64,000 nucleotides of DNA. Source: Porphyridium purpureum. Lineage: Eukaryota. Under the pieces are notes generated by a model. It was given only the letters and a program-made list of their open reading frames with translations, did not search any database and was not told the DNA's origin. The DNA is taken from the NCBI GenBank assembly GCA_008690995.1, contig VRMN01000008.1:62001-126000 (forward strand), given 5' to 3'. The position numbers were made by a program, and so were the translations under genes. This document shows positions 23,099 to 33,957 of the stretch, one piece after another (position 1 is the first letter of the stretch; every line of letters begins with the position of its first letter).

Positions 23099-25411
23099 TT
23101 ATTGGGATTGCTCCTCTTGTGGACACTCAGACGTATCCAGGTTATCTACTTTGTTGCCTTCGTCTGCTTCGGCCTTCTCCTGCGGGTCTGGCCTTGTCGT
23201 CAAGCGGAACGGCATGGGCTCGACACCATACACTTTTCGCAGACTGTCCAAGTCGTCTTCCGTCATCATCAGGGTGAGCGTGCCTCGGCCCTGCCATAGT
23301 GTCACACAATGATGCTCGTGCACACACACAAACGAGCCCATGCCGAGCGCGTCTACAGACGCCTTGAAGCTATCCCCTTCAATGTCAGCAGGCTCAATGA
23401 CTGTCGAGCCCAATGTGCTACTGCTCTGAACACGATGCGCGAGCAGCTTGACAAACCCCTCCCTGCTCACACGGATCACGCGCTTGGTCATATAGGGCAG
23501 CAAAACGTGAACACCTTCGTACGTCAATCGCCACGTCGCACCAAGAAAGGCGGGATCACCGATTGCATCTGCACCAGTTTCCTTACTTGAGCTCGCCCCG
23601 CGCTCAAGAATCCGTGTACCTGCGTGAACAATCAAATACAATCCTGCGCCCCGCGTCGTCAAGGCGTGTTCGGCCATGGTGCGGGCGCTCTCGGATACAA
23701 ATTAAAAGCGACGCGGAGCCTGTTCGTCGCTTACACGCCGAGACATAAAGTGGCTTCGAATAATATTTCGATCTATCCCGAACGTGCTGGCTAGACCGTC
23801 AATAATAGCACCGTCTCTTTCGTCTGACAGACCAGCCAATGGGTCCTGCACTTGCGTCAAACTGAAGCCTTTGGACTTGAACGACATGGCTTTTACAGTC
23901 TTGACATCTTCAGGCGCAGCAGTGCCGTCTCCACTTTTCCCCACGCTGCCGCGGTCGTCACATGTCCGAGCCTCAGTTGTCCTGGCATCGTCCTTGCCGT
24001 CACTTGTTCCGCGTACGTATCGCTTTCGCAAGACGGCAACAAAAAAGGCTCCGGTATCATTATCGTGCGGAATGAGCCGCACGCACAGCGGCAAACTGCT
24101 CACAATGTGTGCTTCCTCGGGGGTAGTCCTGGGTGGAAACATGGACGCACTTAGCTTCGGCTTGAATTCAGAGCCATTCACAGCTTCGGTCTGCTGCGCC
24201 AATAGTGCAGACAACGCCGTGTGATCCGGAGCTGGTTCGTGGAACCCGATCGTGCCGTCCTGCGTGACGCTACCAGTATCCACAAACCAATGTGTGAGGC
24301 CAGGACGTGTGACTAGTTCTGGAAGCCTGTCACGCGCGTCCTCGAGATCCACAGGGCAGCTACGCAGCAGCTCACTTACCACTGCCTCGTTCTCAATCGG
24401 GTTCATACTGCACGTGCTGTACACCATGATGCCTCCCGGTTTGAGCAGCTCGATGCCGCGCTTCGCAATCTGGACCTGCACGGGATGAAGGTCTCTGCCA
24501 TTTCTTGGATGGAAGGAGCGCCAAATGTCTGGCTGCTTTCGAATTGTTCCATCTCCGCTGCAAGGAACGTCTGCAAGCACGCGGTCGAAAGTGCCCGGGG
24601 CCCCGGGGAAAGTCTGGCCGTCGTGGTTGGTGACCACCAGGTTTGGGCAGCCGAAGCGCTTCATCGTATGTACCACCAAGAATGCGCGCTTCACGTTGGC
24701 GTCGTTCGCTACAATCAGCGCGGAGTGCATCTGCGCCGGGTTTTGTCGGCGCAGCATCTCAAATTTGTCGACAATTTGGCTGGTCTTGGAGCCCGGCGCG
24801 GCGCACAAATCTAGCACGCGATGGCCGGCCTCAATCTGCAAAAACATGGGCGGGATCATGGATACAGCTTCCTGTCGCGCAATAATACCGCATTCAGCCT
24901 GGTGCTTGATGAATGTGTTGAATGCTTTTAAGCTTTCGTGTTTGCGGAGAATCGTTCGCGGAATCGACAAACTCCACGCCAGGTTGTCCGGAAACCATCT
25001 GATGGGTTCGGGTAACTTGAACTGCGCTATGTCTTGCTCCTCCTGTTCACGCGTCTCATTCTGATCGCCCTCCTCAAGACTTTTCGGCGGCGCATTGTCC
25101 TCAGCTGCGTCGGCCGGCACCTTTTCCACCAGCTTGAGTTCACCTGAAGCGCAGTTGGCCAAGTAATCCCGCAAGTACTGTGAGAGCGCCGACGACTGCA
25201 TGATGCGCAGCGCGGACGGTAGCGGCACGCGCAAGCACTGCATGAGAGACTCAAAATCGTGCGCATCGCGACAAATGCCCTGCCTCGTGTAGTAGCTCTC
25301 GAGCAATTTGGAGTGCTTCTCAATCAAGTACTCGGTGGCTTGCGCGGAGGCGCGGCGCACCTTGGTGTGCCGCCCTCCTCCTCCGGCCGTATGGCGCCTC
25401 TTCTTCCCCAT
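23099..25411 (-). CDS. NSUN2: tRNA (cytosine-5) methyltransferase NSUN2/Trm4, interrupted by one in-frame TAA at 23704-23702
   Basis: RQEAVSMIPP, VLDLCAAPGSKT, FDRVLADVPCSGDGTIRK, VYSTCSMNPIENEAVV, PHDNDTGAFFVAVL. ORFs 23702-25528 and 23099-23677 share a frame and are separated only by TAA. ATG 25411 (MGKKRR) is preferred. Confidence 0.9.
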
Positions 25412-25770
25412 CTGATCGGCTGTGCGACGCGCTATTTTGAACGACAGCCCTTTCATGCGGCGGTGGCGGCAGTCAAGGCCAGCTTTTCCGGCATGTCCGT
25501 GACCGCCGCCGTCTCTCTTCCGCGCCACGGCAGCAAATGTTTCTTCTTCTTTTTTTCTTTTTTTTTGGGTCCAGAATTTGTAAAGTAATTTATGTAATGG
25601 CGGCAGATGTAATTTATATCACCGGGACTCTGCGGCGGCGGCTGCTCGTTCGGCTGCTGTGTCCACAGGTGCGGCATCTTCAACGAGGAGGGGACGATCC
25701 AGCGAGAGAGCCAGGTCGAGAGACAGAGAAACGGCGCTGCAGCCAGAACAAACCTGCTTGGCGGCTTACT

Positions 25771-27189
25771 TTAAAACTTGTTCACGTCCACCGGGGCAAA
25801 GGCGTTGCCGCGCAGAAATGCGCCCGCCGTTCGGAACAGCAGTTTGATATCGTCGACGGGCGAGCCCTTGGTGACTTCCTTGTACAGGTACGAGTCAAAG
25901 GTCACCTTCTGTACATACTCGTCGTCGCACAGCTCGACGAACGCCTCGCGCGCAACATTGTTGGTGTAGAAAACGCTCTGCAGCACGTCCAGCACCTTGT
26001 ACGTCGCCCAGTACTTTCGGTCCCAGTCCTTAATGTAGCTATCCTTGATCTCCTGCTCTGTCGGGTTCTTCTCACCGTTGTTTGTGATCTTCAGCAACGA
26101 CTCGGCGCACATGCGGCCGCTCTTGGCAGCAAAATAGATACCTTCGCCAGAGCACTTGGTCACGTACCCGGCGGCGTCGCCCACAAGCATCATGCGCCCG
26201 TTCACGCGGCGCGGTCGCGGGTGCTCTGGGATCGGGTGAGCCTCGATCCTGAGAATCTTGCCCCCGGCCAGCTTCTCAGCCGCGCGGTTTCGAATCGCCG
26301 TCTGGTATTTCTTAATGGACGGTCGGTCCACCACAGTGCCGGTGCCTACCGCCACGTGGTCATACTTCGGGAACACCCAGGCGTAGAAGTCTGGCGACAC
26401 ATCGTCCCCAACGTACATCTCGGCCAGCTCCTCGTAGTATCGCATCTTGTCCTCCGGGATCTTGATGCGCTCCTGGAACGCAATCGCGAACTGGTAGTCG
26501 CCGGCGTCCATAGCCTTTGCCACGCGCGAGTTCGCGCCGTCAGCTCCAATGATGATATCAAAGTCCATCGTCTTGGCGTTATCGTTGCCCGTCTTCGACG
26601 ACTCGTAATCAGAGAAGTGAATCGTGTACGGCTTGGTGCTCTCCTTTGGAATCTCGACTTCCGTGACGAGCCCATTGATGGGCTTGGCGCCGAATGAGAC
26701 AGCGCGATCACGCAAGTACCCGTCCAGCACCTCACGCCGGCACATGCCAATGTACTCGTCTGGCTTGAGCGTCCTTCCAATGTCCACCTCGCGATTGGAC
26801 GGCGAGATCATCTTCATCTTGCGCACCTTGCGATCGATGATGTTTTCTGGCAGATCAAACTCGCCCACCATGCACAATGGGATAGCGCCACCGCACGGCT
26901 TGGCGTTGTCCATCTTGCGCTCGAAGATGGTGACATCGATGCCGGCCTTGGCCAGCACCTCCGCGGCACACGAGCCCGCCGGCCCACCGCCCACGACGGC
27001 GACGCGGATTTTCATTTCCAGGCCAGAGCTGTTCTTGCTAGCGCTGCGCGCCACCGCCGCCCTAGTCCTCAGCGAGCCCGCGGTGGCCACGACGAACGAA
27101 GACGCGCACGAGGACGCGCACGCGGGCGCGCTCGCGCGCTTCGACGCGCTACCGCAATGCGCGGCTGTTCCAAACACAAACGCCTGCAT
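25771..27189 (-). CDS. chlP: Geranylgeranyl diphosphate reductase, plastid-targeted
   Basis: RVAVVGGGPAG, NAKPCGGAIPLCMVGEFDLP, IGADGANSRVAK, LVGDAAGYVTKCSGEGIYFAAKSGRMCAE. Transit peptide begins MQAFV. Confidence 0.98.
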   Translation of the reverse strand: MQAFVFGTAAHCGSASKRASAPACASSCASSFVVATAGSLRTRAAVARSASKNSSGLEMKIRVAVVGGGPAGSCAAEVLAKAGIDVTIFERKMDNAKPCGGAIPLCMVGEFDLPENIIDRKVRKMKMISPSNREVDIGRTLKPDEYIGMCRREVLDGYLRDRAVSFGAKPINGLVTEVEIPKESTKPYTIHFSDYESSKTGNDNAKTMDFDIIIGADGANSRVAKAMDAGDYQFAIAFQERIKIPEDKMRYYEELAEMYVGDDVSPDFYAWVFPKYDHVAVGTGTVVDRPSIKKYQTAIRNRAAEKLAGGKILRIEAHPIPEHPRPRRVNGRMMLVGDAAGYVTKCSGEGIYFAAKSGRMCAESLLKITNNGEKNPTEQEIKDSYIKDWDRKYWATYKVLDVLQSVFYTNNVAREAFVELCDDEYVQKVTFDSYLYKEVTKGSPVDDIKLLFRTAGAFLRGNAFAPVDVNKF

Positions 27190-28116
27190 CCTGCCTGATC
27201 TATCTCCCGACCTTTCCCTGTTCCTCTTCCCTCACCGTGCGTGCGTGTATCTCCAGTCTCTCTGTACAGACGCTCGTCCTCCACATGCAAATATGTACAA
27301 CCTGTTCCAGTCCTTGCGCACGAGCAGTAGCTTGGTCAGGCCACACTCCCTGCCGACCGCTGCTTCCTCCTTCCTGTCTACCTTGGTGCCTTCCTCTCTC
27401 CTAACCTCCGAGCTCGCGCGCCGTGCCCAAGTCGATTCCGTCGCGCACGTAGATCCTGCCGCCTCGGTCTACAACAAGTCCAGAACGCCCACGAAATCCG
27501 GCCTCCGTACAGACAAAACACAGCGGGCAAGCGAATGCAAGCGCCATCCACGCACGCGCGCCAGCTCAGATTCGCTGCCCGCCGCAGCACTGGACAAACC
27601 CTAGCGTATTCCTATCAAACTGGGCTTGGTTTACTATTAATCCCCTCCCCTCCTCCCGTTTTATTTAATTTTCTTTTTCCGATTATTGTCACGCCTTGTT
27701 TGAGCTCGTGCAAAAACGCGTGCTCTCGGTTGTGTGTATTCCTCCTAATAAATCACACGTACTTTCATAGAGACACAAATCCAAAACACGCGTGGGCGCC
27801 GGGTCTCGCACGTGCCGATTGAGCTCGGGCGCTCAACACCACCAACAGGGAAAATAAAATACACGACGACGTGGTACAGTTCTCTCAGCTCACAGCTCAT
27901 AGAGAAGGTACAGTGTGGAAGTACACTGCGCTGTACGTTAGTATGTTAATTTAAGTGGTTGATTGTTAATTGTAATGGTTAGTTTAATATTTGGTGCCGT
28001 TGTTTAATCTTCAGCTGCGGAGTGGGAACGCGGGAGTGGCGACGCGGGATTCTCGGTGTGGTGAGCTGGCAACGGGAAGGGTTGGAGGTGGGATTCGGCT
28101 TGGAGAGCGGCGCAGG

Positions 28117-29307
28117 ATGTTTGTTATGTGCGGGCTGGCGTGGCAAGGCGCGCCTGCGCGTGCGACGTCAATGTTCGCAAGCAGCTCGCTCGTGCGGAGA
28201 TCGCCGCGGCGGGATTGTGCGGACTGTCGCAGAACGGTGGCTGTGCGCGTGCGCAACGCACGCCGAGTGCGGTGTCATAGCAGCGGTCAGGAGTCCGCGG
28301 TGGAACGCAGACAGTACGCGCTGGCCAGATTGTGGTCGCTCGCAAGGATCATCGGGAAGTATTCTCGGCCGCATACGGTGCTGGGATCCGTGCTCTCGGT
28401 GCTTTCTGTGAGCCTGTTCGCGCTACGGTACGCGCCGCTCGTCCATGCCTCGATCGGATCCGTGTCGCTGCGTGTCGCTGCTCTACCAATTTTGTTTGCC
28501 GTCATATGTGCCGTGCTGGTGAATGTGTACATCACAGGACTGAACCAAATTTTTGACGTGGACGTGGATAGAATCAACAAGCCAACCCTGCCGCTGGCCA
28601 GTGGCGAGCTCGGAATCAGGGCGGGCTGGACCATCGTGCTGGCAGCTTTGCCTGCTTGTGCGGGCTTGGCGGCAGCATTCCCAGCCCTAGTTACAAGAGA
28701 GCTACTGATGACACTCGCAGGTTCGGCCTTGCTTGGCACGCTCTACTCGGCACCCCCGGTGCGCCTCAAGCGATTTCCGCTCGCCGCGTCTATCTGCATC
28801 CTGAGTGTTCGCGGACTGTTAGTGAATGTTGGATTCTTCCTTAGTATGTTCCGTCTTTTACTGAGAAGGAAAGGTCTGGCCATGCCGAGCTATAGCTCGC
28901 TCTGGAGCAGTATCGCTGTGAGCAGGCCGCTACTCGCCTACATTGTATTCTTTTTCACCGGCTTTGGTGTGTGTATTGCCCTCTTCAAGGATATTCCGGA
29001 TATTGCCGGCGACGCGCAGTTCAGCCTGCGCTCGTTCGCAGTCCGCATTGGTGCAAGCAAGACGTTGTGGCTGGCATCAGGTCTGCTGGCCGCGCTGTAT
29101 ATCGGGTTTAGCTCAGTGCTGCTTTTTGGTCACCAGACGCCAAACGTGGCCATGGCCACGTATCACTTGATGGCTGCTGCATGGTTGCTCAAGGAGACGC
29201 GCGATCTTGTCGCTGCATCGGCGTCTGCTGCGCAGATTTATGACTTTTACATGCGAGTGTGGGGGCTATTTTATCTCGAGTACTGCGCGCTCCCTTGGCT
29301 TCTGTAG
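28117..29307 (+). CDS. VTE2: Homogentisate phytyltransferase (UbiA family, tocopherol synthesis), plastid-targeted
   Basis: SRPHTVLG, GLNQIFDVDVDRINKPTLPLASGE, YSAPPVRLKRFP, ICILSVRG and IALFKDIPDIAGD. The last motif is HPT-type rather than the HST-type IAITKDLPD. First ATG is at 28117. Confidence 0.85.
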   Translation: MFVMCGLAWQGAPARATSMFASSSLVRRSPRRDCADCRRTVAVRVRNARRVRCHSSGQESAVERRQYALARLWSLARIIGKYSRPHTVLGSVLSVLSVSLFALRYAPLVHASIGSVSLRVAALPILFAVICAVLVNVYITGLNQIFDVDVDRINKPTLPLASGELGIRAGWTIVLAALPACAGLAAAFPALVTRELLMTLAGSALLGTLYSAPPVRLKRFPLAASICILSVRGLLVNVGFFLSMFRLLLRRKGLAMPSYSSLWSSIAVSRPLLAYIVFFFTGFGVCIALFKDIPDIAGDAQFSLRSFAVRIGASKTLWLASGLLAALYIGFSSVLLFGHQTPNVAMATYHLMAAAWLLKETRDLVAASASAAQIYDFYMRVWGLFYLEYCALPWLL

Positions 29308-29499
29308 GCGAAATAAATTAGCAACGGGTTCCCAAAGACTTCCGCCGCCGACGGATCGAACGTGCGCGTCGCCAGGCACACGCGGCACGCGCGCAGTGGT
29401 CGCCTGCGTGTGAAAGATCAGCGTTTGAGTCGATCAGCTCCCAATGTCGCTGTGTTATCTACTCACAGCTGTACTACAGCGAGAAACCCAGGCACCTGG

Positions 29500-29507
29500 T
29501 ATAAAAG
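29500..29507 (+). promoter_or_regulatory. TATA-box-like element upstream of EMC4
   Basis: TATAAAAG about 225 nt upstream of the ATG. Confidence 0.35.
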
Positions 29508-29731
29508 ACCGGCTGTCCAAGCGCCGGTGCAGCACAGGAGAGAACGCGACTCGGTAGAGAATATAGTTTAGAGTTTATTTGATACCAGTGAAGGTTCATC
29601 TTATCCGTCGGAGGGCCGCCTAGATACGAAAGAGCGACAGCCGCCCAAAGCCCGAGCCAAACTCTCATTCTCTCACAAGGTACCACCGCTTCTAGCGACA
29701 CCCAAGGTCTTGTAACACGTTGCGGGGAGAG

Positions 29732-30400
29732 ATGCGCCTCATGGAATGGGCGCGCTGGAAGCCCGACGCGTCCTTGCTGGGTCAAGGAGACGCGCTCGAG
29801 GGGAAGCGCCTGGATGCCACTTGTGCGGCCGCCGCGAAACCTTGCGGCCTGATTCTGCGCAAAGACGCCGCCGAGCTGCGTGAATGCGTCCGGGCGGTGC
29901 AAGAGGCAAACGAGCTTGCCCAGCAGGCACAAAAGCGACAGCAGCAACAGCAGCAACATGGGGCGGGCGCGGGTGGCGGCAGAGCAGCAGTGGTGGCGGC
30001 GGCGCGGGATGAGGAGCGATTCAGCACATTGATGAAAAAATCGTGGGCGGTGGCGATGGCGCCTATTCAGCAGACGTTGTCTATGGGATTCATGCTGTGG
30101 ATGTCCGGGTCGGGCGTGCATATTTTTTCAATGATGACGACTTTCACGTGCATGATGATCGCAGGACAGAGCCTCCTTCACTGCCTAACGCCCTTCCGAG
30201 CGCTCGAGCAGGCAGACGCGCGGATACGCCCGCAGCTGTGGACGCAAAAGGCGGTGTCCATTTTGCTGGCGCTCATCCCCGTCGTGTTGGCCGTGCGCAA
30301 GTGCATCAACATGCAGTTTCTGCCCACAACGGAAGCCGACTTTGTCGGGCTCTTGCCCCTCTATTCGTACGACCGCACACTTGGCACTGTGCTGAGGTGA
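29732..30400 (+). CDS. EMC4: ER membrane protein complex subunit 4 (TMEM85)
   Basis: KKSWAVAMAPIQQ..SMGFMLWMSGSGVHIFSMM, P..AL, KCINMQFLPT..ADF. Confidence 0.9.
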   Translation: MRLMEWARWKPDASLLGQGDALEGKRLDATCAAAAKPCGLILRKDAAELRECVRAVQEANELAQQAQKRQQQQQQHGAGAGGGRAAVVAAARDEERFSTLMKKSWAVAMAPIQQTLSMGFMLWMSGSGVHIFSMMTTFTCMMIAGQSLLHCLTPFRALEQADARIRPQLWTQKAVSILLALIPVVLAVRKCINMQFLPTTEADFVGLLPLYSYDRTLGTVLR

Positions 30401-31866
30401 TGCGGATGTCAAAGTGACCCTCGCTGCGGATTGCCATCCGTGGCGAACGCTTCTGAAAGAGGGAACTGCGCCTTTGCGAGCAGCCTTGCGCGCGCGTGGC
30501 GCACGCAGTCAAGTTGTCAGCATTGCGGGCGTGGCACAGGTGATGTCATCATAAAGCGTGGTCCCCTCTCATCTTCTACCGTGGACACTGCGCATCTGCG
30601 TGCCAGCGTTCCTCCAAGCCCAAGAAGGAAAAACCTACAAACAGACGAACAAAACGCGCCACTTACACCGCCGACCCCTCGCCAAAGTTTAGCAGAATTG
30701 GGAAACGAGCTGTTGTGATGGTGTCACGTATGATTGACACCGAGCCTGTCCGCATGGATCTCGCGCCGCATCACAATTCAATGTGCTGCGATCACTCTTT
30801 CATTCTGCTTCATTCATTTACACGCATATCCGCGACACCACCACCACCTGTGTAGTCGCACACGCCAATACCAGGCTCTCCCGCGATTCTTGCTTGGGCG
30901 CTCTCGCCATTGGGTGTCTAAACGCGACTCCTCAAACCATACAACAACGTGCGATTTTATTAGTCTTGCAACAGACACGATACAGAAAAACACCCACCAC
31001 CACCACCATCATCCTTCACGCGACACACCCACACGGCGAGCTGGAGTGCGGGTAGGAGCGAGTGTCCACGCGTCGATTGGCGCATGCGTGCAGACGGTGC
31101 ACAGAGTACCGAAGATACAGAAATGCGCTTGGCCAGGTGTCGAAATCAATCACAACAGCGTCACCACCCTAAAATAAGAAACGCATGGATGATGTTCCTG
31201 TTTGCTTGTACGACACTGCCGGCCCGGTGGTGTCGGCTGCGCGTGCAAACGTGGCTTTTTCTTTCTTTTTTGTTTTGGTCCTTCGTCTTTCCATTCAACT
31301 CGTGCAGTTGCTTGATTGGTGGAACGGCACAGTGAGCAGTCTGTTTGTGTGTTGGATTGTCTCGTGTCGCTGCTGCGTCCGTAAAAGCGTGGAGTGAGAG
31401 GACGGTGATGGTGAAGGTGCGACAGGGAGCAGCGCGTGGTGCTCCAAGACCTTTTCACTCTTGGGTAGGTTGGTCGTCCGCGTACGTGCAGAGAGTGAGT
31501 GTGTGTGAGAGAGAGGAAGTGTGTGTGTGTGAGAGAAAGTTAGCGGTTCAGCTGCCACACAGCAGAGTAGAAATAAAAGCGCCGAGTGCCACGAACGGCG
31601 CCTCGCACTGTACGTGCGCCCCGGACGAGCGCGCACAAACGGTTGGGACCGACGCGGCGTGTGGGTCAATTTCGAGGCGTGGTGTCGCGTGGCGGCGTGG
31701 CGCGAGCGGCCAAATATAGAAATCGACGTTCGGGACACTTGGCCGTCAACGGGCGCGTGCCGCAGCGTGTGTGCAGTCAGTGCGTAGTAAAAGACACTTT
31801 GTGGCGTTGGGTATTTAAAGGTGGAGACAGAGAGGTTGAGGCAGGAGAAGGAGGCGTGGTGGGGTT

Positions 31867-31929
31867 CTGGTTGCGCTGGTTGCGCTGGTTGGACCGGTTG
31901 GACTGGTTGGACTGGTTGGACTGGTTGGA
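31867..31929 (+). repeat. 9-bp tandem repeat (CTGGTTGSR, 7 copies) about 100 nt upstream of the kinase ATG
   Basis: Units read ctggttgcg x2, ctggttgga, ccggttgga, ctggttgga x3. Confidence 0.9.
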
Positions 31930-32031
31930 CTTGACGTCCTGAGAAGCGCTGCGCGTTTGGGTGTGCCGACAAGCTTGTTGAACACGGCGTGGACAGCGGG
32001 TTGCAGAGGCGGTGGGACTCGCGCAGCCGCG

Positions 32032-33519
32032 ATGGCGCGCCCACAGTTCAAGGCATTGCACACCAAGTATGTTGTGCGGGAGTGGATTGGATCTGGCGCG
32101 CTCGGTATGGTGCTGCGCGTGACGAGAAAGCAGGACGACTGCGAGTTCGCGGCAAAGGTGGTCGCAAAGGCGGGTCTCGATCGCTTGACACGCGTGGCGC
32201 TCGCCCGCGAAGTGGCCGTGTTCCACCACGTCAGGCATCCAAATATTGTGCGCCTTGAAGAGACCATTGAGGACACAGAGTACATCTACATTATTACCGA
32301 GCTGCTCGCGGGCGGGAATCTGCACAGCCGACTTTCCGACATGGCTGCCATGGCAGTGCCCGAGAGAAGAATTGACGACCGAGCAAACGGAGAGTATATG
32401 GACGAAGACTCGCCTCCCGTCGTCACGGCGGAGCAGGAGCAGCGGCTCGGTGCCACAGCGGCGCAAATAGCTGCCACAACAGGCATGGGGCAAGCGGAGC
32501 AGGCCGAACTGAAGTCGGCGCTTTTGCAAGAAGCACAGAACATGCTCATGAGTGCGGACCGGTCTGTGACTAATTCAAGCTCTGTGAGCGATACGGACGA
32601 GGAACGCCCGGAGCGCTCCGACGGCGTGGTGCAACCTTTGACTTTTTCAAGATCTCACTTGTACAGTCTGGCCCTGCAGATGCTGAGCGCTGTTTCGTAT
32701 CTTCACGACCGAGGCATGGCGCACCGCGACATCAAATTGGACAACTTTGTGTTTCAAACGATGCTCGACGACGAGGTGCCCGTCATCAAGCTAGTCGATT
32801 TTGGAATGGTGTATTGGAGAAAGCCGGGAGCAGCTCTGTTCAGCCGGCACCGCTGCGGCACGCTCGGATTCTGTGCCCCGGAGGTTTGCAACTCGAGCTC
32901 GTACATTCCGGAGCGTGCCGACATGTGGAGTCTAGGCGTTGTCCTTTTTGCCATGTCCCTTCATCGTATGCCGTTTTCGAGCTCGGACGATAAGGGTTTG
33001 GCGCGGGATGTGGCGAGGTGCCGCATCGCATGGAAGGAGGATGAGTGGAGGGGTGCCGGCTTGAACATGATGCGCTTCGTTCAGAGCCTTTTGCATAAGA
33101 ATCCAGAAAACCGGCCGACCGCGAAGCACGCGTACGAAACAGTCTCTCAATTGCTGCGCAATTTGGAACCAAACGAAGAACCGTATACCGCCGCTGGGCC
33201 GACGAATGGTTTGTCCGAGGCGACGGAGCGGCCGTCAAATCAATTGTATGTGAACGAGGGGATGGTTGAGAAGGTCGCGCAGGTGCTTGTTGGTGAGGCT
33301 TCTGCGCTGGGCACCTCGTCGGAAGGCAAGGCGAAGCACCACCGTCGACCAAGTACGAACAACTCCTTGGACGACTTTGTCGAGTTCTTGAAAGGAGTTC
33401 TGACGCTGAGAAGAAACAATTCGTTGGAGCAAAGTTCTGAGCGAATCGGTGTTGAGACAAGGGTTGGGGTGCCAGTCGCGGAAAATGTCTCGGATCCCTG
33501 CGACCATGCGTGTTCCTGA
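32032..33519 (+). CDS. Ser/Thr protein kinase, CAMK-like, with an insert of about 100 aa
   Basis: IGSGALG, FAAK, REV, HPNIVRL, HRDIKLDN, DFG, CGTLGFCAPE, DMWSLGV, PENRPT. Confidence 0.93.
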   Translation: MARPQFKALHTKYVVREWIGSGALGMVLRVTRKQDDCEFAAKVVAKAGLDRLTRVALAREVAVFHHVRHPNIVRLEETIEDTEYIYIITELLAGGNLHSRLSDMAAMAVPERRIDDRANGEYMDEDSPPVVTAEQEQRLGATAAQIAATTGMGQAEQAELKSALLQEAQNMLMSADRSVTNSSSVSDTDEERPERSDGVVQPLTFSRSHLYSLALQMLSAVSYLHDRGMAHRDIKLDNFVFQTMLDDEVPVIKLVDFGMVYWRKPGAALFSRHRCGTLGFCAPEVCNSSSYIPERADMWSLGVVLFAMSLHRMPFSSSDDKGLARDVARCRIAWKEDEWRGAGLNMMRFVQSLLHKNPENRPTAKHAYETVSQLLRNLEPNEEPYTAAGPTNGLSEATERPSNQLYVNEGMVEKVAQVLVGEASALGTSSEGKAKHHRRPSTNNSLDDFVEFLKGVLTLRRNNSLEQSSERIGVETRVGVPVAENVSDPCDHACS

Positions 33520-33957
33520 GCGACAGCATGGTCGGTGTCTTGAGCGGTAGTTTGTAACTGATAGTCGTGAACTTTGTCCTGTAATAGTACGCTCATGAGC
33601 AGACTCTGAGTAAATTTATGTTGAGAGGGCGCTCCCTTTCAGACCATGTGACGCATGTTATCCCTCCGCTGTCTTCTGTCTGCATGTTCGCTGAGCCGAA
33701 CGAAGCTTGCCTTTCTTTGCAGTCGGGCTGTTCTGGATTTTCAGTTCACGCACGCCGCACTCTCTTTCTAGTGCGCAATCAAGTACTAATGTACGCACAT
33801 CGCGCAAAGGCTGCAAGGCATAACATGAGGAAGGACCGCCAAATTCTTCTTTAAACAGACAAATTTATTCCTTTTGGCAAGGTTGCAGCTTTGCACGCCT
33901 GGTCCACGCTCATATCACGAATTCCTGAGCCACTATGACACGCGCCGCAAGTCCAGT

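Noticed and set aside
25537..26697. 386-aa plus-strand ORF (also 26624-27604)
   Set aside because: Antisense to chlP; strong GC3 bias removes stops on the opposite strand.
31867..31929. Tandem array as a CRISPR or telomeric repeat
   Set aside because: 9-bp head-to-tail units without spacers, no cas genes, internal position and short length.
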